The translations under genes were made by a program, and so were the position numbers. From Eledone cirrhosa (taxonomy: Eukaryota), in assembly GCA_964016885.1 (NCBI GenBank), contig OZ024740.1:441812001-441876000 (forward strand): a stretch of 64,000 bases of DNA, given 5' to 3'. Positions 1 through 21,000 of the stretch are shown in pieces. The notes beneath the pieces were generated by a model. It was not told where the DNA came from. It did no database searches and saw only the letters and a list, made by a program, of their open reading frames with translations. Positions within the stretch are counted from its first letter, which is position 1. Every line of letters begins with the position of its first letter.

Positions 1-3000
1 GAGATATATTACCACAATATATATACGTTATATACTACCACAATATATATACAGTATATATTACCACAATATATATACGATATATATTACCACAATATAC
101 ATACGATATATATTACCACAATATACATACGATATATATTACCACGATATATATACGTTATATATTACCACAATATACATACGATATATACTACCACAAT
201 ATATATACGATATATATTACCACAGTATATATACGTTATATATTACCACAATATACATACGATATATATTACCACAATATACATACGATATATATTACCA
301 CAATATATATAATATATATATTACCACAATATACATACGATATATATTACCACAATATACATACGTTATATATTACCACAATATATATACGTTATAAATT
401 ACCACAATATATATACGATATATATTACCACAATATACATATAATATGTATTACCACAATATACATACGTTATATATTACCACAATATACATACAGTATA
501 TATTACCACAATATATATGCGATATATACTACCACAATATATATACGTTATATATTACCACAATATACATACGATATATATTACCACAATATACATACGA
601 TATATATTACCCCAATATATATACGATATATACTACCACAATATATATACGATATATACTACCACAATATATATACGATATATACTACCACAATATATAT
701 ACGTTATATATTACCACAATATATATACGATATATATTACCACAATATATAAACGTTATATACTACCACAATTTACATACGATATATATTACCACAACAT
801 ACATACGGTATATATTACCACAATATATATACGATATATATTACCACAATATACATACGACATATATTCCCACAATATACATACGATATATATTACCACA
901 ATATACGTACGATATATATTACCACAATATATATACGATATATATTACCACAATATACATACGATATCTACTACCACAATATATATACGTTATATATTAC
1001 CACAATATATATACGATATATATTACCATAATATACATTCGGTATATATTACCACAATTTATATGCGTTATATATTACCACAATATATATACGATATATA
1101 TTACCACAATATATATACGTTATATATTACCACAATATACGTACGATATATATTACCACAATATATATACGATATATATTACCACAATATACATACGATA
1201 TCTACTACCACAATATATATACGTTATATATTACCACAATATATATACGATATATATTACCACAATATACATACGATATATACTACCACAATATATATAC
1301 GTTATATATTACCACAATATATACACGATATATATTACCACAATATACATACGATATATACTACCACAATATATATACGTTATGTATTACCACAATATAT
1401 ATACGTTATATATTACCACAATATATATACGATATATATTACCACTATATATATACGTTATATATTACCACAATATACATACGATATATATTTCCAGAAT
1501 ATACATACGATATATATTACCACAATATACATACGATATATATTACCATAATATATATACGTTATATATTACCACAATATACATACGATATTTATTACCA
1601 CAATATACATACGATATATATTACCACAATATATATACGGTATATATTAGCACAATATATATACGATATATACTACCACAATATACATACGATATATATT
1701 ACCAGAATATACATACGGTATATATTACCACAATATATATACGATATATATTACCACAATATACATACGATATATATTCCCACAATATACTTATGATATA
1801 TATTACCACAATATACATACGTTATATATTACCACAATATATATACGATATATATTACCACAATATATATACGATATATATTACCACAATATATATACGT
1901 TATATACTACCACAATATACATACGGTATATATTACCACAATATATATACGATATATATTACCACAATATACAAACGATATATATTACCAGAATATACAT
2001 ACGATATATATTACCACAATATATATACGTTATATATTACCACAATATACATACGATATATACTACCACAAAATATATACGATATATATTACCACAATAT
2101 ATATACGTTATATATTACCACAATATACATACGATATATATTACCACAATATACATACGATATGTATTAGCACAATATATATACGATATATATTACCACA
2201 ATATAGATACGATATATATTCCCACAATATACATACGATATATATTACCACAATATATATACGATATATACTACCACAATATATATACGATATATACTAC
2301 CACAATATACATACGATATATACTACCATAATATATATACGATATATACTACCACAATATATATACGTTATATATTACCACAATATACATACGATATATA
2401 TTACCACAATATACATACGATATATATTACCACAATATACATACGATATATAATACCACAATATATATACGTTATATATTACCACAATATATATACGATA
2501 TATATTACCACAATATATATACGTTATATATTACCACAATATACATACGATATATATTACCACAATATACATACGATATATATTACCACAATATATATAC
2601 GATAAATACTACCACAATATATATACGATATATATTACCACAATATATATACGATATATATTACCACAATATATATACGTTATATATTACCACAATATAC
2701 ATACGATATATATTACCACAATATATATACGATATATATTACCACAATATACATACGATATATATTACCACAATATACATACGATATATATTACCACAAT
2801 ATACATACTGTATATATTACCACAATATATATACGATATATATTACCAAAATATACATACAATATATATTAACATAATATACATACGATATATATTAATA
2901 CAATATATATACGATATATATTACCACAATATACATACGATATATATTACCACAATATATATACGTTATATATTACCACAATATACATACGATATATATT

Positions 3001-6000
3001 ACCACAATATACATAAGATATATATTACCACAATATATATACGATATATATTACCACAATATATATACGATATATATTACCACAATATATATACGATATA
3101 TATTACCACAATATACATACGTTGTATATTAATACAATATACATACGAGATACATTACCACAATATACATAAGATATATATTACCACAATATATATACGT
3201 TATATACTACCACAATATATATAGAATATATATTACCACAATATATATACGTTGTATATTACCACAATATACATACGATATATATTACCACAATATATAT
3301 AAGATATATATTACCACAATATACATACGATATATATTACCACAATATACATACGTTATATATTACCACAATATATATACGTTATATATTACCATAATAT
3401 ATATACGATATATATTACCACAATATACATAAGATATATATTACCACAATATACATACGATATATATTACCACAATATATATACGATATATATTACCACA
3501 ATATTCATACGATATATATTACCACAATATACATACGATATATATTACCACAATATACATACGATATATATTACCACAATATACATACGATATATATTAC
3601 CACAATATATATACGATATATATTACCACAATATACATACGATATATATTACCACAATATACATACGATATATATTACCACAATATACATACGGTATATA
3701 TTACCACAATATATATACGATATATATTACCACAATATATATACGATATATATTACCACAATATATATACGTTATATATTAATACAATATACATACGAGA
3801 TATATTACCACAATATATATACGTTATATACTACCACAATATATATACAGTATATATTACCACAATATATATAAGATATATATTACCACAATATACATAA
3901 GATATATATTACCACAATATACATACGATATATATTACCACAATATATATACGATATATATTACCACAATATTCATACGATATATATTACCACAATATAC
4001 ATACGATATATATTACCACAATATACATACGAGATATATTACCACAATATACATAAGATATATATTACCACAATATATATACGTTATATACTACCACAAT
4101 ATACATACGATATATAATACCACAATATACATACGATATATATTACCACGATATATATACGTTATATATTACCACAATATACATACGATATATACTACCA
4201 CAATATATATACGATATATATTACCACAGTATATATACGTTATATATTACCACAATATACATACGATATATATTACCACAATATACATACGATATATATT
4301 ACCACAATATATATAATATATATATTACCACAATATACATACGATATATATTACCACAATATACATACGTTATATATTACCACAATATATATACGTTATA
4401 AATTACCACAATATATATACGATATATATTACCACAATATACATATAATATGTATTACCACAATATACATACGTTATATATTACCACAATATACATACGG
4501 TATATATTACCACAATATATATACGATATATACTACGACAATATACATACGATATATATTACCACAATATATATACGATATATATTACCACAATATACAT
4601 AAGATATATATTACCACAATATACATACGATATATATTACCACGATATATATACGATATATATTACCACAATATACATACGATATATATTACCACAATAT
4701 ACATACGATATATATTACCACAATATACATACGATATATATTACCACAATATACATACGATATATATTACCACAATATATATACGATATATATTACCACA
4801 ATATACATACGATATATATTACCACAATATACATACGATATATATTACCACAATATACATACGGTATATATTACCACAATATATATACGAAATATATTAC
4901 CAAAATATACATACAATATATATTACCACAATATACATACCATATATATTAATACAATATATATACGATATATATTTCCACAAACTACATACGATATATA
5001 TTACCACATTATACATAAGATATATATTACCACAATATATATACGATATATATTACCACAATATATATACGATATATATTACCACAATATATATACGATA
5101 TATATTACCACAATATACATACGTTATATATTACCACAATATATATTCGTTATATATTACCACAATATACATACGATATATATTACCACAACATACATAC
5201 GGTATATATTACCACAATATATATACGATATATATTACCACAATATACATACGACATATATTCCCACAATATACATACGATATATATTACCACAATATTC
5301 ATACGATATATACTACCACAATATATATGCGATATATATTACTACAATATTCATACGTTATATATTACCACAATATATATACGATATATATTACCACAAC
5401 ATATATCCGATATATATTACCGCAATATATATACGATATATATTACCACAATATATATACGTTATATATTAATACAATATACATACGAGATATATTACCA
5501 CAATATATATATACGTTATATATTACCACAAATATATACGTTATATACTACCACAATATATATACGGTATATATTACCACAATATATATACGATATATAT
5601 TACCACAATATACATACGATATATATTACCACAATATACATACGATATATATTACCACAATATACATACGATATATATTACCACAATATACATACGATAT
5701 ATATTACCACAATATATATACGTTATATATTACCACAATATACATACGATATATACTACCACAATATATATTCGATGTATATTACCACAATATATATACG
5801 TTATATATTACCACAATATACATACGATATATATTACCACAATATACATACGATATATATTACCACAATATATATAAGATATATATATTACCACAATATA
5901 CATACGATATATATTACCATGATATATATACGTTATATATTACCACAATATACATACGATATATACTACCACAATATATATACGATATATATTACCACAG

Positions 6001-9000
6001 TATATATACGTTATATATTACCACAATATACATACGATATATATTACCACAATATACATACGATATATATTACCACAATATATAATATATATATATTACC
6101 ACAATATATATACGATATATATTACCACAATATACATACGTTATATATTACCACAATATATATACGTTATAAATTACCACAATATATATACTATATATGT
6201 TACCACAATATATATACTATATATATTACCACAATATACATATAACATGTATATACTACCACAATATATATTCGATATATATTACCACAATATATATATA
6301 CGTTATATATTACCACAATATACATACGATATATATTACCACAATATACATACGATATATATTACCACAATATATATAAGATATATATATTACCACAATA
6401 TAAATACGATATATATTACCACGATATATATACGTTATATATTACCACAATATACATACGATATATACTACCTCAATATATATACGATATATATTACCAC
6501 AGTATATATACGTTATATATTACAACAATATACATACGATATATATTACCACAATATATATACGATATATATTAATACGATATATAATACCACAATATAT
6601 ATACGACATATACTACCACAATATATATACGATATATATTACCACAATATACATACGATATATATTACCACAATATATATACGTTATATATTACCACAAT
6701 ATATATACGATATATATTACCACAATATATATACGTTATATATTACCACATACGATATATATTACCACATTATATATATGATATATATTACCACAATATC
6801 TATACGTTATATATTATCACAATATACATACGATATATATTACCACAATATACATACGATATATATTACCACAATATATATAAGATATATATATTACCAC
6901 AATATACATACGATATATATTGCCACGATATATATACGTTATATATTACCACAATATACATACGATATATACTACCACAATATATATACGATATATATTA
7001 CCACAGTATATATACGTTATATATTACCACAATATACATACGATATATATTACCACAATATACATACGATATATATTACCACAATATATATAATATATAT
7101 ATTACCACAATATATATACGATATATATTACCACAATATACATACGTTATATATTACCACAATATATATACGTTATAAATTACCACAATATATATACGAT
7201 ATATATTACCACAATATACATATAATATGTATATACTACCACAATATATATTCGATATATATTACCACAATATATATACGATATATATTACCACCATATA
7301 CATACGATATATATTACCACAATATACATACGATATATATTACCACAATATATATAAAATATATATATATTACCACAATATACATACGATATATATTACC
7401 ACGATATATATACGTTATATATTACCACAATATACATACGATATATACTACCACAATATATATACGATATATATTACCACAGTATATATACGTTATATAT
7501 TACAACAATATACATACGATATATATTACCACAATATATTTACGATATATATTAATACGATATATAATACCACAATATATATACGACATATACTACCACA
7601 ATATATATACGATATATACTACCACAATATACATACGATATATATTACCACAATATATATACGTTATATATTACCACAATATATATACGATATATATTAC
7701 CACAATATATATACGTTATATATTACCACAATATATATATACGATATATATTACCTCAATATATATACGTTATATATTACCACATACGATATATATTACC
7801 ACATTATATATATGATATATATTACCAGAATATCTATACGTTATATATTATCACAATATACATACGATATATACTACCACAATATACATACGATATATAT
7901 TACCACAATATACACGATATATATTACCACAATATACATACGGTTTATATTACCACAATATATATACGATATATATTACCACAATACATATACGATATAT
8001 ATTACCACAATATATATACGATATATATTACCACAATATATATACGATATATATTACCACAATATACATACGATATATATTACCACAATATACATACGTT
8101 ATATATTACCACAATATACATACGGTATATATTACCACAATATATATACGATATATACTACCACAATATATATACGTTATATATTACCACAATATACATA
8201 CGATATATATTACCACAATATACATACGATATATATTACCCCAATATATATACGATATATATTACCACCATATATAAACGATATATATTACCACAATATA
8301 TATACGATATATATTACCACAATATACATACGTTATATATTACCACAATATACATACGTTATATATTACCACAATATACATACGGTATATATTACCACAA
8401 TATATATACGACATATATTACCACAATATACATACGATATATATTCCCACGATATACATAGGATATATATTACCACAATATACATATGATATATACTACC
8501 ACAATATATATGCGATATATATTACCACAATATACATACGTTATATATTACCACAATATATATACGATATATATTACCACAATATATATACGATATATAT
8601 TACCACAATATATATACGATATATATTACCACAATATATATACGATATATATTACCACAATATATATACGATATATATTACCACAATATATATACGTTAT
8701 ATATTAATACAATATACATACGAGATATATTACCACAATATATATACGTTATATATTACCACAAATATATACGTTATATACTACCACAATATATATACGG
8801 TATATATTACCACAATATATATACGATATATATTACCACAATATACATACGATATATATTACCACTATATACATACGATATATATTACCACAATATATAT
8901 ACGTTATATATTACCACAATATACATACGATATATACTACCACAATATATATTCGATATATATTACCACAATATATATACGTTATATATTAGCACAATAT

Positions 9001-12000
9001 ACATACGATATATATTACCACAATATACATACGTTATATATTACCACAATATATATACGTTATATATTACCACAATATATATACGATATATATTACCACA
9101 ATATACATATGATATGTATTACCACAATATACATACGTTATATATTACCACAATATACATACGGTATATATTACCACAATATATATACTATATATAGTAA
9201 TACGATATATAATACCACAATATATATACGACATATACTACCACAATATATATACGATATATATTACCACAATATATATACGTTATATATTACCACATAC
9301 GATATATATTACCACATTATATATATGATATATATTACCACAATATCTATACGTTATATATTATCACAATATACATACGATATATATTACCACAATATAC
9401 ATACGATATATATTACCACAATATATATAAGATATATATATTACCACAATATACATACGATATATATTACCACGATATATATACGTTATATATTACCACA
9501 ATATACATACGATATATACTACCACAATATATATACGATATATATTACCACAGTATATATACGTTATATATTACCACAATATACATACGATATATATTAC
9601 CACAATATACATACGATATATATTACCACAATATATATAATATATATATTACCACAATATATATACGATATATATTACCACAATATACATACGTTATATA
9701 TTACCACAATATATATACGTTATAAATTACCACAATATATATACGATATATATTACCACAATATACATATAATATGTATATACTACCACAATATATATTC
9801 GATATATATTACCACAATATATATACGTTATATATTACCACCATATACATACGATATATATTACCACAATATACATACGATATATATTACCACAATATAT
9901 ATAAGATATATATATATTACCACAATATACATACGATATATATTACCACGATATATATACGTTATATATTACCACAATATACATACGATATATACTACCA
10001 CAATATATATACGATATATATTACCACAGTATATATACGTTATATATTACAACAATATACATACGATATATATTACCACAATATATATACGATATATATT
10101 AATACGATATATAATACCACAATATATATACGACATATACTACCACAATATATATACGATATATACTACCACAATATACATACGATATATATTACCACAA
10201 TATATATACGTTATATATTACCACAATATATATACGATATATATTACCACAATATATATACGTTATATATTACCACAATATATATACGATATATATTACC
10301 ACAATATATATACGTTATATATTACCACATACGATATATATTACCACATTATATATATGATATATATTACCAGAATATCTATACGTTATATATTATCACA
10401 ATATACATACGATATATACTACCACAATATACATACGATATATATTACCACAATATACACGATATATATTACCACAATATACATACGGTATATATTACCA
10501 CAATATATATACGATATATATTACCACAATACATATACGATATATATTACCACAATATATATACGATATATATTACCACAATATATATACGATATATATT
10601 ACCACAATATACATACGATATATATTACCACAATATACATACGTTATATATTACCACAATATACATACGGTATATATTGCCACAATATATATACGATATA
10701 TACTACCACAATATATATACGTTATATATTACCACAATATACATACGATATATATTACCACAATATACATACGATATATATTACCCCAATATATATACGA
10801 TATATATTACCACCATATATATACGATATATATTACCACAATATATATACGATATATATTACCACAATATACATACGTTATATATTACCACAATATACAT
10901 ACGTTATATATTACCACAATATACATACGGTATATATTACCACAATATATATACGACATATATTACCACAATATACATACGATATATATTCCCACGATAT
11001 ACATAGGATATATATTACCACAATATACATATGATATATACTACCACAATATATATGCGATATATATTACCACAATATACATACGTTATATATTACCACA
11101 ATATATATACGATATATATTACCACAATATATATACGATATATATTACCACAATATATATACGATATATATTACCACAATATATATACGATATATATTAC
11201 CACAATATATATACGATATATATTACCACAATATATATACGTTATATATTAATACAATATACATACGAGATATATTACCACAATATATATACGTTATATA
11301 TTACCACAAATATATACGTTATATACTACCACAATATATATACGGTATATATTACCACAATATATATACGATATATATTACCACAATATACATACGATAT
11401 ATATTACCACAATATACATACGATATATATTACCACAATATATATACGTTATATATTACCACAATATACATACGGTATATATTACCACAATATATATACG
11501 ATATATACTACAACAATATACATACGATATATATTACCACAATATATATACGATATATATTAATACGATATATAATACCACAATATATATACGACATATA
11601 CTACCACAATATATATACGATATATACTACCACAATATACATACGATATATATTACCACAATATATATACGTTATATATTACCACAATATATATACGATA
11701 TATATTACCACAATATATATACGTTATATATTACCACATACGATATATATTACCACAATATATATATGATATATATTACCACAATATCTATACTTTATAT
11801 ATTATCACAATATACATACGATATATACTACCACAATATACATACGATATATATTACCACAATATACACGATATATATTACCACAATATACATACAGTAT
11901 ATATTACCACAATATATATACGATATATATTACCACAATACATATACGATATATATTACCACAATATATATACGATATATATTACCACAATATATATACG

Positions 12001-15000
12001 TTATATATTAATACAATATACATACGAGATGTATTACCACAATATATATACGTTATATACTACCACAATATATATACAGTATATATTACCACAATATATA
12101 TACGATATATATTACCACAATATACATACGATATATATTACCACAATATACATACGATATATATTACCACGATATATATACGTTATATATTACCACAATA
12201 TACATACGATATATACTACCACAATATATATACGATATATATTACCACAGTATATATGCGTTATATATTACCACAATATACATACGATATATATTACCAC
12301 AATATACATACGATATATATTACCACAATATATATAACATATATATTACCACAATATACATACGATATATATTACCACAATATATATACGTTATAAATTA
12401 CCACAATATATATACGATATAAATTACCACAATATACATATAATATGTATTACCACAATATACATACGTTATATATTAACACAATATACATACGGTATAT
12501 ATTACCACAATATATATACGATATATACTACGACAATATACATACGATATATATTACCACAATATATATACGATATATATTACCACAATATACATAAGAT
12601 ATATATTACCACAATATACATACGATATATATTACCACGATATATATACGATATATATTACCACAATATACATACGATATATATTACCACAATATACATA
12701 CGATATATATTACCACAATATACATACGATATATATTACCACAATATACATACGATATATATTACCACAATATATATACGATATATATTACCACAATATA
12801 CATACGATATATATTACCACAATATACATACGATATATATTACCACAATATACATACGGTATATATTACCACAATATATATACGAAATATATTACCAAAA
12901 TATACATACAATATATATTACCACAATATACATACCATATATATTAATACAATATATATACGATATATATTACCACAAACTACATACGATATACATTACC
13001 ACAATATACATAGGATATATATTACCACAATATATATACGATATATATTACCACAATATATATACGATATATATTACCACAATATATATACGATATATAT
13101 TACCACAATATACATACTTTATATATTACCACAATATATATTCGTTATATATTACCACAATATACATACGATATATATTACCACAACATACATACGGTAT
13201 ATATTACCACAATATATATACGATATATATTACCACAATATACATACGACATATATTCCCACAATATACATACGATATATATTACCACAGTATTCATACG
13301 ATATATACTACCACAATATATATGCGATATATATTACCACAATATACATACGTTATATATTACCACAATATATATACGATATATATTACCACAATATATA
13401 TACGATATATATTACCACAATATATAAACGATATATATTACCACAATATATATACGATATATATTACCACATTATATATACGATATATATTACCACAATA
13501 TATATACGATATATATTACCACAATATATATACGTTATATATTAATACAATATACATACGAGATATATTACCACAATATATATACGTTATATATTACCAC
13601 AAATATATACGTTATATACTACCACAATATATATACGGTATATATTACCACAATATATATACGATATATATTACCACAATATACATACGATATATATTAC
13701 CACAATATACATACGATATATATTACCACAATATATATACGTTATATATTACCACAATATACATACGGTATATATTACCACAATATATATACGATATATA
13801 CTACAACAATATACATACGATATATATTACCACAATATATATACGATATATATTAATACGATATATAATACCACAATATATATACGACATATACTACCAC
13901 AATATATATACGATATATACTACCACAATATACATACGATATATATTACCACAATATATATACGTTATATATTACCACAATATATATACGATATATATTA
14001 CCACAATATACATACGATATATATTACCACAATATACATACGATATATATTACCACAATATATATACGTTATATATTACCACAATATACATACGATATAT
14101 ATTACCACAATATACATACGATATATATTACCACAATATACATACGATATATATTACCACAATATATATACGTTATATATTACCACAATATACATACGAT
14201 ATATACTACCACAATATATATACGTTATATATTACCACAATATACATACGATAAATACTACCACAATATATATTCGATATATATTACCACAATATATATA
14301 CGTTATATATTACCACAATATACATACGATATATATTACCACAATATACATACGATATATATTACCACAATATATATAAGATATATATTACCACAATATA
14401 CATACGATATATATTACCACAATATACATACGCTATATATTACCACAATATATATACGTTATATATTACCACAATATATATACGATATATATTACCACAA
14501 TATACATATGATATGTATTACCACAATATACATACGTTATATATTACCACAATATACATACCGTATATATTACCACAATATATATACGATATATACTACA
14601 ACAATATACATACGATATATATTACCACAATATATATACGATATATATTAATACGATATATAATACCACAATATATATACGACATATACTACCTCAATAT
14701 ATATACGATATATACTACCACAATATACATACGATATATATTACCACAATATATATACGTTATATATTACCACAATATATATACGATATATATTACCACA
14801 ATATATATACGTTATATATTACCACATACGATATATATTACCACAATATATATATGATATATATTACCACAATATCTATACTTTATATATTATCACAATA
14901 TACATACGATATATACTACCACAATATACATACGATATATATTACCACAATATACACGATATATATTACCACAATATACATACGGTATATATTACCACAA

Positions 15001-18000
15001 TATATATACGATATATATTACCACAGTATATATACGTTATATATTACCACAATATACATACGATATATATTACCACAATATACATACGATATATATTACC
15101 ACAATATATATAACATATATATTACCACAATATACATACGATATATATTACCACAATATACATACGTTATATATTACCACAATATATATACGTTATAAAT
15201 TACCACAATATATATACGATATAAATTACCACAATATACATATAATATGTATTACCACAATATACATACGTTATATATTAACACAATATACATACGGTAT
15301 ATATTACCACAATATATATACGATATATACTACGACAATATACATACGATATATATTACCACAATATATATACGATATATATTACCACAATATACATAAG
15401 ATATATATTACCACAATATACATACGATATATATTACCACGATATATATACGATATATATTACCACAATATACATACGATATATATTACCACAATATACA
15501 TACGATATATATTACCACAATATACATACGATATATATTACCACAATATACATACGATATATATTACCACAATATATATACGATATATATTACCACAATA
15601 TACATACGATATATATTACCACAATATACATACGATATATATTACCACAATATACATACGGTATATATTACCACAATATATATACGAAATATATTACCAA
15701 AATATACATACAATATATATTACCACAATATACATACCATATATATTAATACAATATATATACGATATATATTACCACAAACTACATACGATATACATTA
15801 CCACAATATACATAGGATATATATTACCACAATATATATACGATATATATTACCACAATATATATACGATATATATTACCACAATATATATACGATATAT
15901 ATTACCACAATATACATACGTTATATATTACCACAATATATATTCGTTATATATTACCACAATATACATACGATATATATTACCACAACATACATACGGT
16001 ATATATTACCACAATATATATACGATATATATTACCACAATATACATACGACATATATTCCCACAATATACATACGATATATATTACCACAGTATTCATA
16101 CGATATATACTACCACAATATATATGCGATATATATTACCACAATATACATACGTTATATATTACCACAATATATATACGATATATATTACCACAATATA
16201 TATACGATATATATTACCACAATATATAAACGATATATATTACCACAATATATATACGATATATATTACCACATTATATATACGATATATATTACCACAA
16301 TATATATACGATATATATTACCACAATATATATACGTTATATATTAATACAATATACATACGAGATATATTACCACAATATATATACGTTATATATTACC
16401 ACAAATATATACGTTATATACTACCACAATATATATACGGTATATATTACCACAATATATATACGATATATATTACCACAATATACATACGATATATATT
16501 ACCACAATATACATACGATATATATTACCACAATATATATACGTTATATATTACCACAATATACATACGATATATATTACCACAATATACATACGATATA
16601 TATTACCACAATATACATACGATATATATTACCACAATATATATACGTTATATATTACCACAATATACATACGATATATACTACCACAATATATATACGT
16701 TATATATTACCACAATATACATACGATAAATACTACCACAATATATATTCGATATATATTACCACAATATATATACGTTATATATTACCACAATATACAT
16801 ACGATATATATTACCACAATATACATACGATATATATTACCACAATATATATAAGATATATATTACCACAATATACATACGATATATATTACCACAATAT
16901 ACATACGCTATATATTACCACAATATATATACGTTATATATTACCACAATATATATACGATATATATTACCACAATATACATATGATATGTATTACCACA
17001 ATATACATACGTTATATATTACCACAATATACATACGGTATATATTACCACAATATATATACGATATATACTACAACAATATACATACGATATATATTAC
17101 CACAATATATATACGATATATATTAATACGATATATAATACCACAATATATATACGACATATACTACCACAATATATATACGATATATACTACCACAATA
17201 TACATACGATATATATTACCACAATATATATACGTTATATATTACCACAATATATATACGATATATATTACCACAATATATATACGTTATATATTACCAC
17301 ATACGATATATATTACCACAATATATATATGATATATATTACCACAATATCTATACTTTATATATTATCACAATATACATACGATATATACTACCACAAT
17401 ATACATACGATATATATTACCACAATATACACGATATATATTACCACAATATACATACGGTATATATTACCACAATATATATACGATATATATTACCACA
17501 ATACATATACGATATATATTACCACAATATATATACGATATATATTACCACAATATATATACGTTATATATTAATACAATATACATACGAGATGTATTAC
17601 CACAATATATATACGTTATATACTACCACAATATATATACAGTATCTATTACCACAATATATATATACGATATATATTACCACAATATACATACGATATA
17701 TATTACCACAATATACATACGATATATATTACCACGATATATATACGTTATATATTACCACAATATACATACGATATATACTACCACAATATATATACGA
17801 TATATATAACCACAGTATATATACGTTATATATTACCACAATATACATACGATATATATTACCACGATATATATACGATATATATTACCACAATATACAT
17901 ACGATATATATTACCACAATATACATACAATATATATTACCACAATATACATACGATATATATTACCACAATATACATACAAATATATATTACCACAATA

Positions 18001-21000
18001 TATATACGATATATATTACCACAATATACATACGATATATATTACCACAATATACATACGATATATATTACCACAATATACATACGGTATATATTACCAC
18101 AATATATATACGAAATATATTACCAAAATATACATACAATATATATTACCACAATATACATACCATATATATTAATACAATATATATACGATATATATTA
18201 CCACAAACTACATACGATATACATTACCACAATATACATAAGATATATATTACCACAATACAATATATATACTATATATATTACCACAATATATATACGA
18301 TATATATTACCACAATATATATATACGATATATATTACCACAATATACATACGTTATATATTACCACAATATATATTCGTTATATATTACCACAATATAC
18401 ATACGATATATATTACTACAACATACATACGGTATATATTACCACAATATATATACGATATATATTACCACAATATACATACGACATATATTCCCACAAT
18501 ATACATACGATATATATTACCACAGTATTCATACGATATATACTACCACAATATATATGCGATATATATTACCACAATATACATACGTTATATATTACCA
18601 CAATATATATACGATATATATTACCACAATATATATACGATATATATTACCACAATATATATACGATATATATTAACACAATATATATACGATATATATT
18701 ACCACAATATATATACGATATATATTACCACAATATATATACGATATATATTACCACAATATATATACGTTATATATTAATACAATATACATACGAGATA
18801 TATTACCACAATATATATACGTTATATATTACCACAAATATATACGTTATATACTACCACAATATATATACGGTATATATTACCACAATATATATACGAT
18901 ATATATTACCCCAATATACATACGATATATATTACCACAATATACATACGATATATATTACCACAATATATATACGTTATATATTACCACAATATACATA
19001 CGATATATACTACCACAATATATATTCGATATATATTACCACAATATATATACGTTATATATTACCACCATATACATACGATATATATTACCACAATATA
19101 CATACGATATATATTACCACAATATATATATGATATATATATTACCACAATATACATACGATATATATTACCACGATATATATACGTTATATATTACCAC
19201 AATATACATACGATATATACTACCACAATATATATACGATATATATTACCACAGTATATATACGTTATATATTACCGCAATATACATACGATATATATTA
19301 CCACAATATGCATACGATATATATTACCACAATATATATAATATATATATTACCACAATATACATACGATATACATTACCACGATATATATACGTTATAT
19401 ATTACCACAATATACATATAATATGTATATACTACCACAATATATATTCGATATATATTACCACAATATATATACGTTATATATTACCACAATATACATA
19501 CGATATATATTACCACAATATACATACGATATATATTACCACAATATATATAAGATATATATATTACCACAATATACATACGATATATATTACCACGATA
19601 TATATACGTTATATATTACCACAATATACATACGATATATACTACCACAATATATATACGATATATATTACCACAGTATATATACGTTATATATTACAAC
19701 AATATACATACGATATATATTACCACAATATATATACGATATATATTAATACGATATATAATACCACAATATATATACGACATATACTACCACAATATAT
19801 ATACGATATATACTACCACAATATACATACGATATATATTACCACAATATATATACGTTATATATTACCACAATATATATACGATATATATTACCACAAT
19901 ATATATACGTTATATATTACCACATACGATATATATTACCACATTATATATATGATATATATTACCACAATATCTATACGTTAAATATTATCACAATATA
20001 CATACGATATATACTACCACAATATACATACGATATATATTACCACAATATACACGATATATATTACCACAATATACATACGGTATATATTACCACAATA
20101 TATATACGATATATATTACCACAATACATATACGATATATATTACCACAATATATATACGATATATATTACCACAATATATATACGATATATATTACCAC
20201 AATATACATACGATATATATTACCACAATATACATACGATATATATTACCCCAATATATATATACGATATATATTACCACCATATATATATACGATATAT
20301 ATTACCACAATATATATACGATATATATTACCACAATATACATACGTTATATATTACCACAATATACATACGTTATATATTACCACAATATACATACGAT
20401 ATATACTACCACAATATACATACGATATATATTACCACAATATACATTCGGTATATATTACCACCTTATATATACGACATATATTACCACAATATTCATA
20501 CGATATATATTCCCACGATATACATAGGATATATGTTACCAAAATATACATATGATATATACTACCACAATATATATGCGATATATATTACCACAATATA
20601 CATACGTTATATATTACCACAATATATATACGATATATATTACCACAATATATATACGATATATATTACCACAATATATATACGTTATATATTAATACAA
20701 TATACATACGAGATATATTACCACAATATATATACGTTATATATTACCACAAATATATACGTTATATACTACCACAATATATATACGGTATATATTACCA
20801 CAATATATATACGATATATATTACCACAATATACATACGATATATATTACCACAATATACATACGATATATATTACCACAATATATATACGTTATATATT
20901 ACCACAATATACATACGATATATACTACCACAATATATATTCGATATATATTACCACAATATATATACGTTATATATTACCACAATATACATACGATATA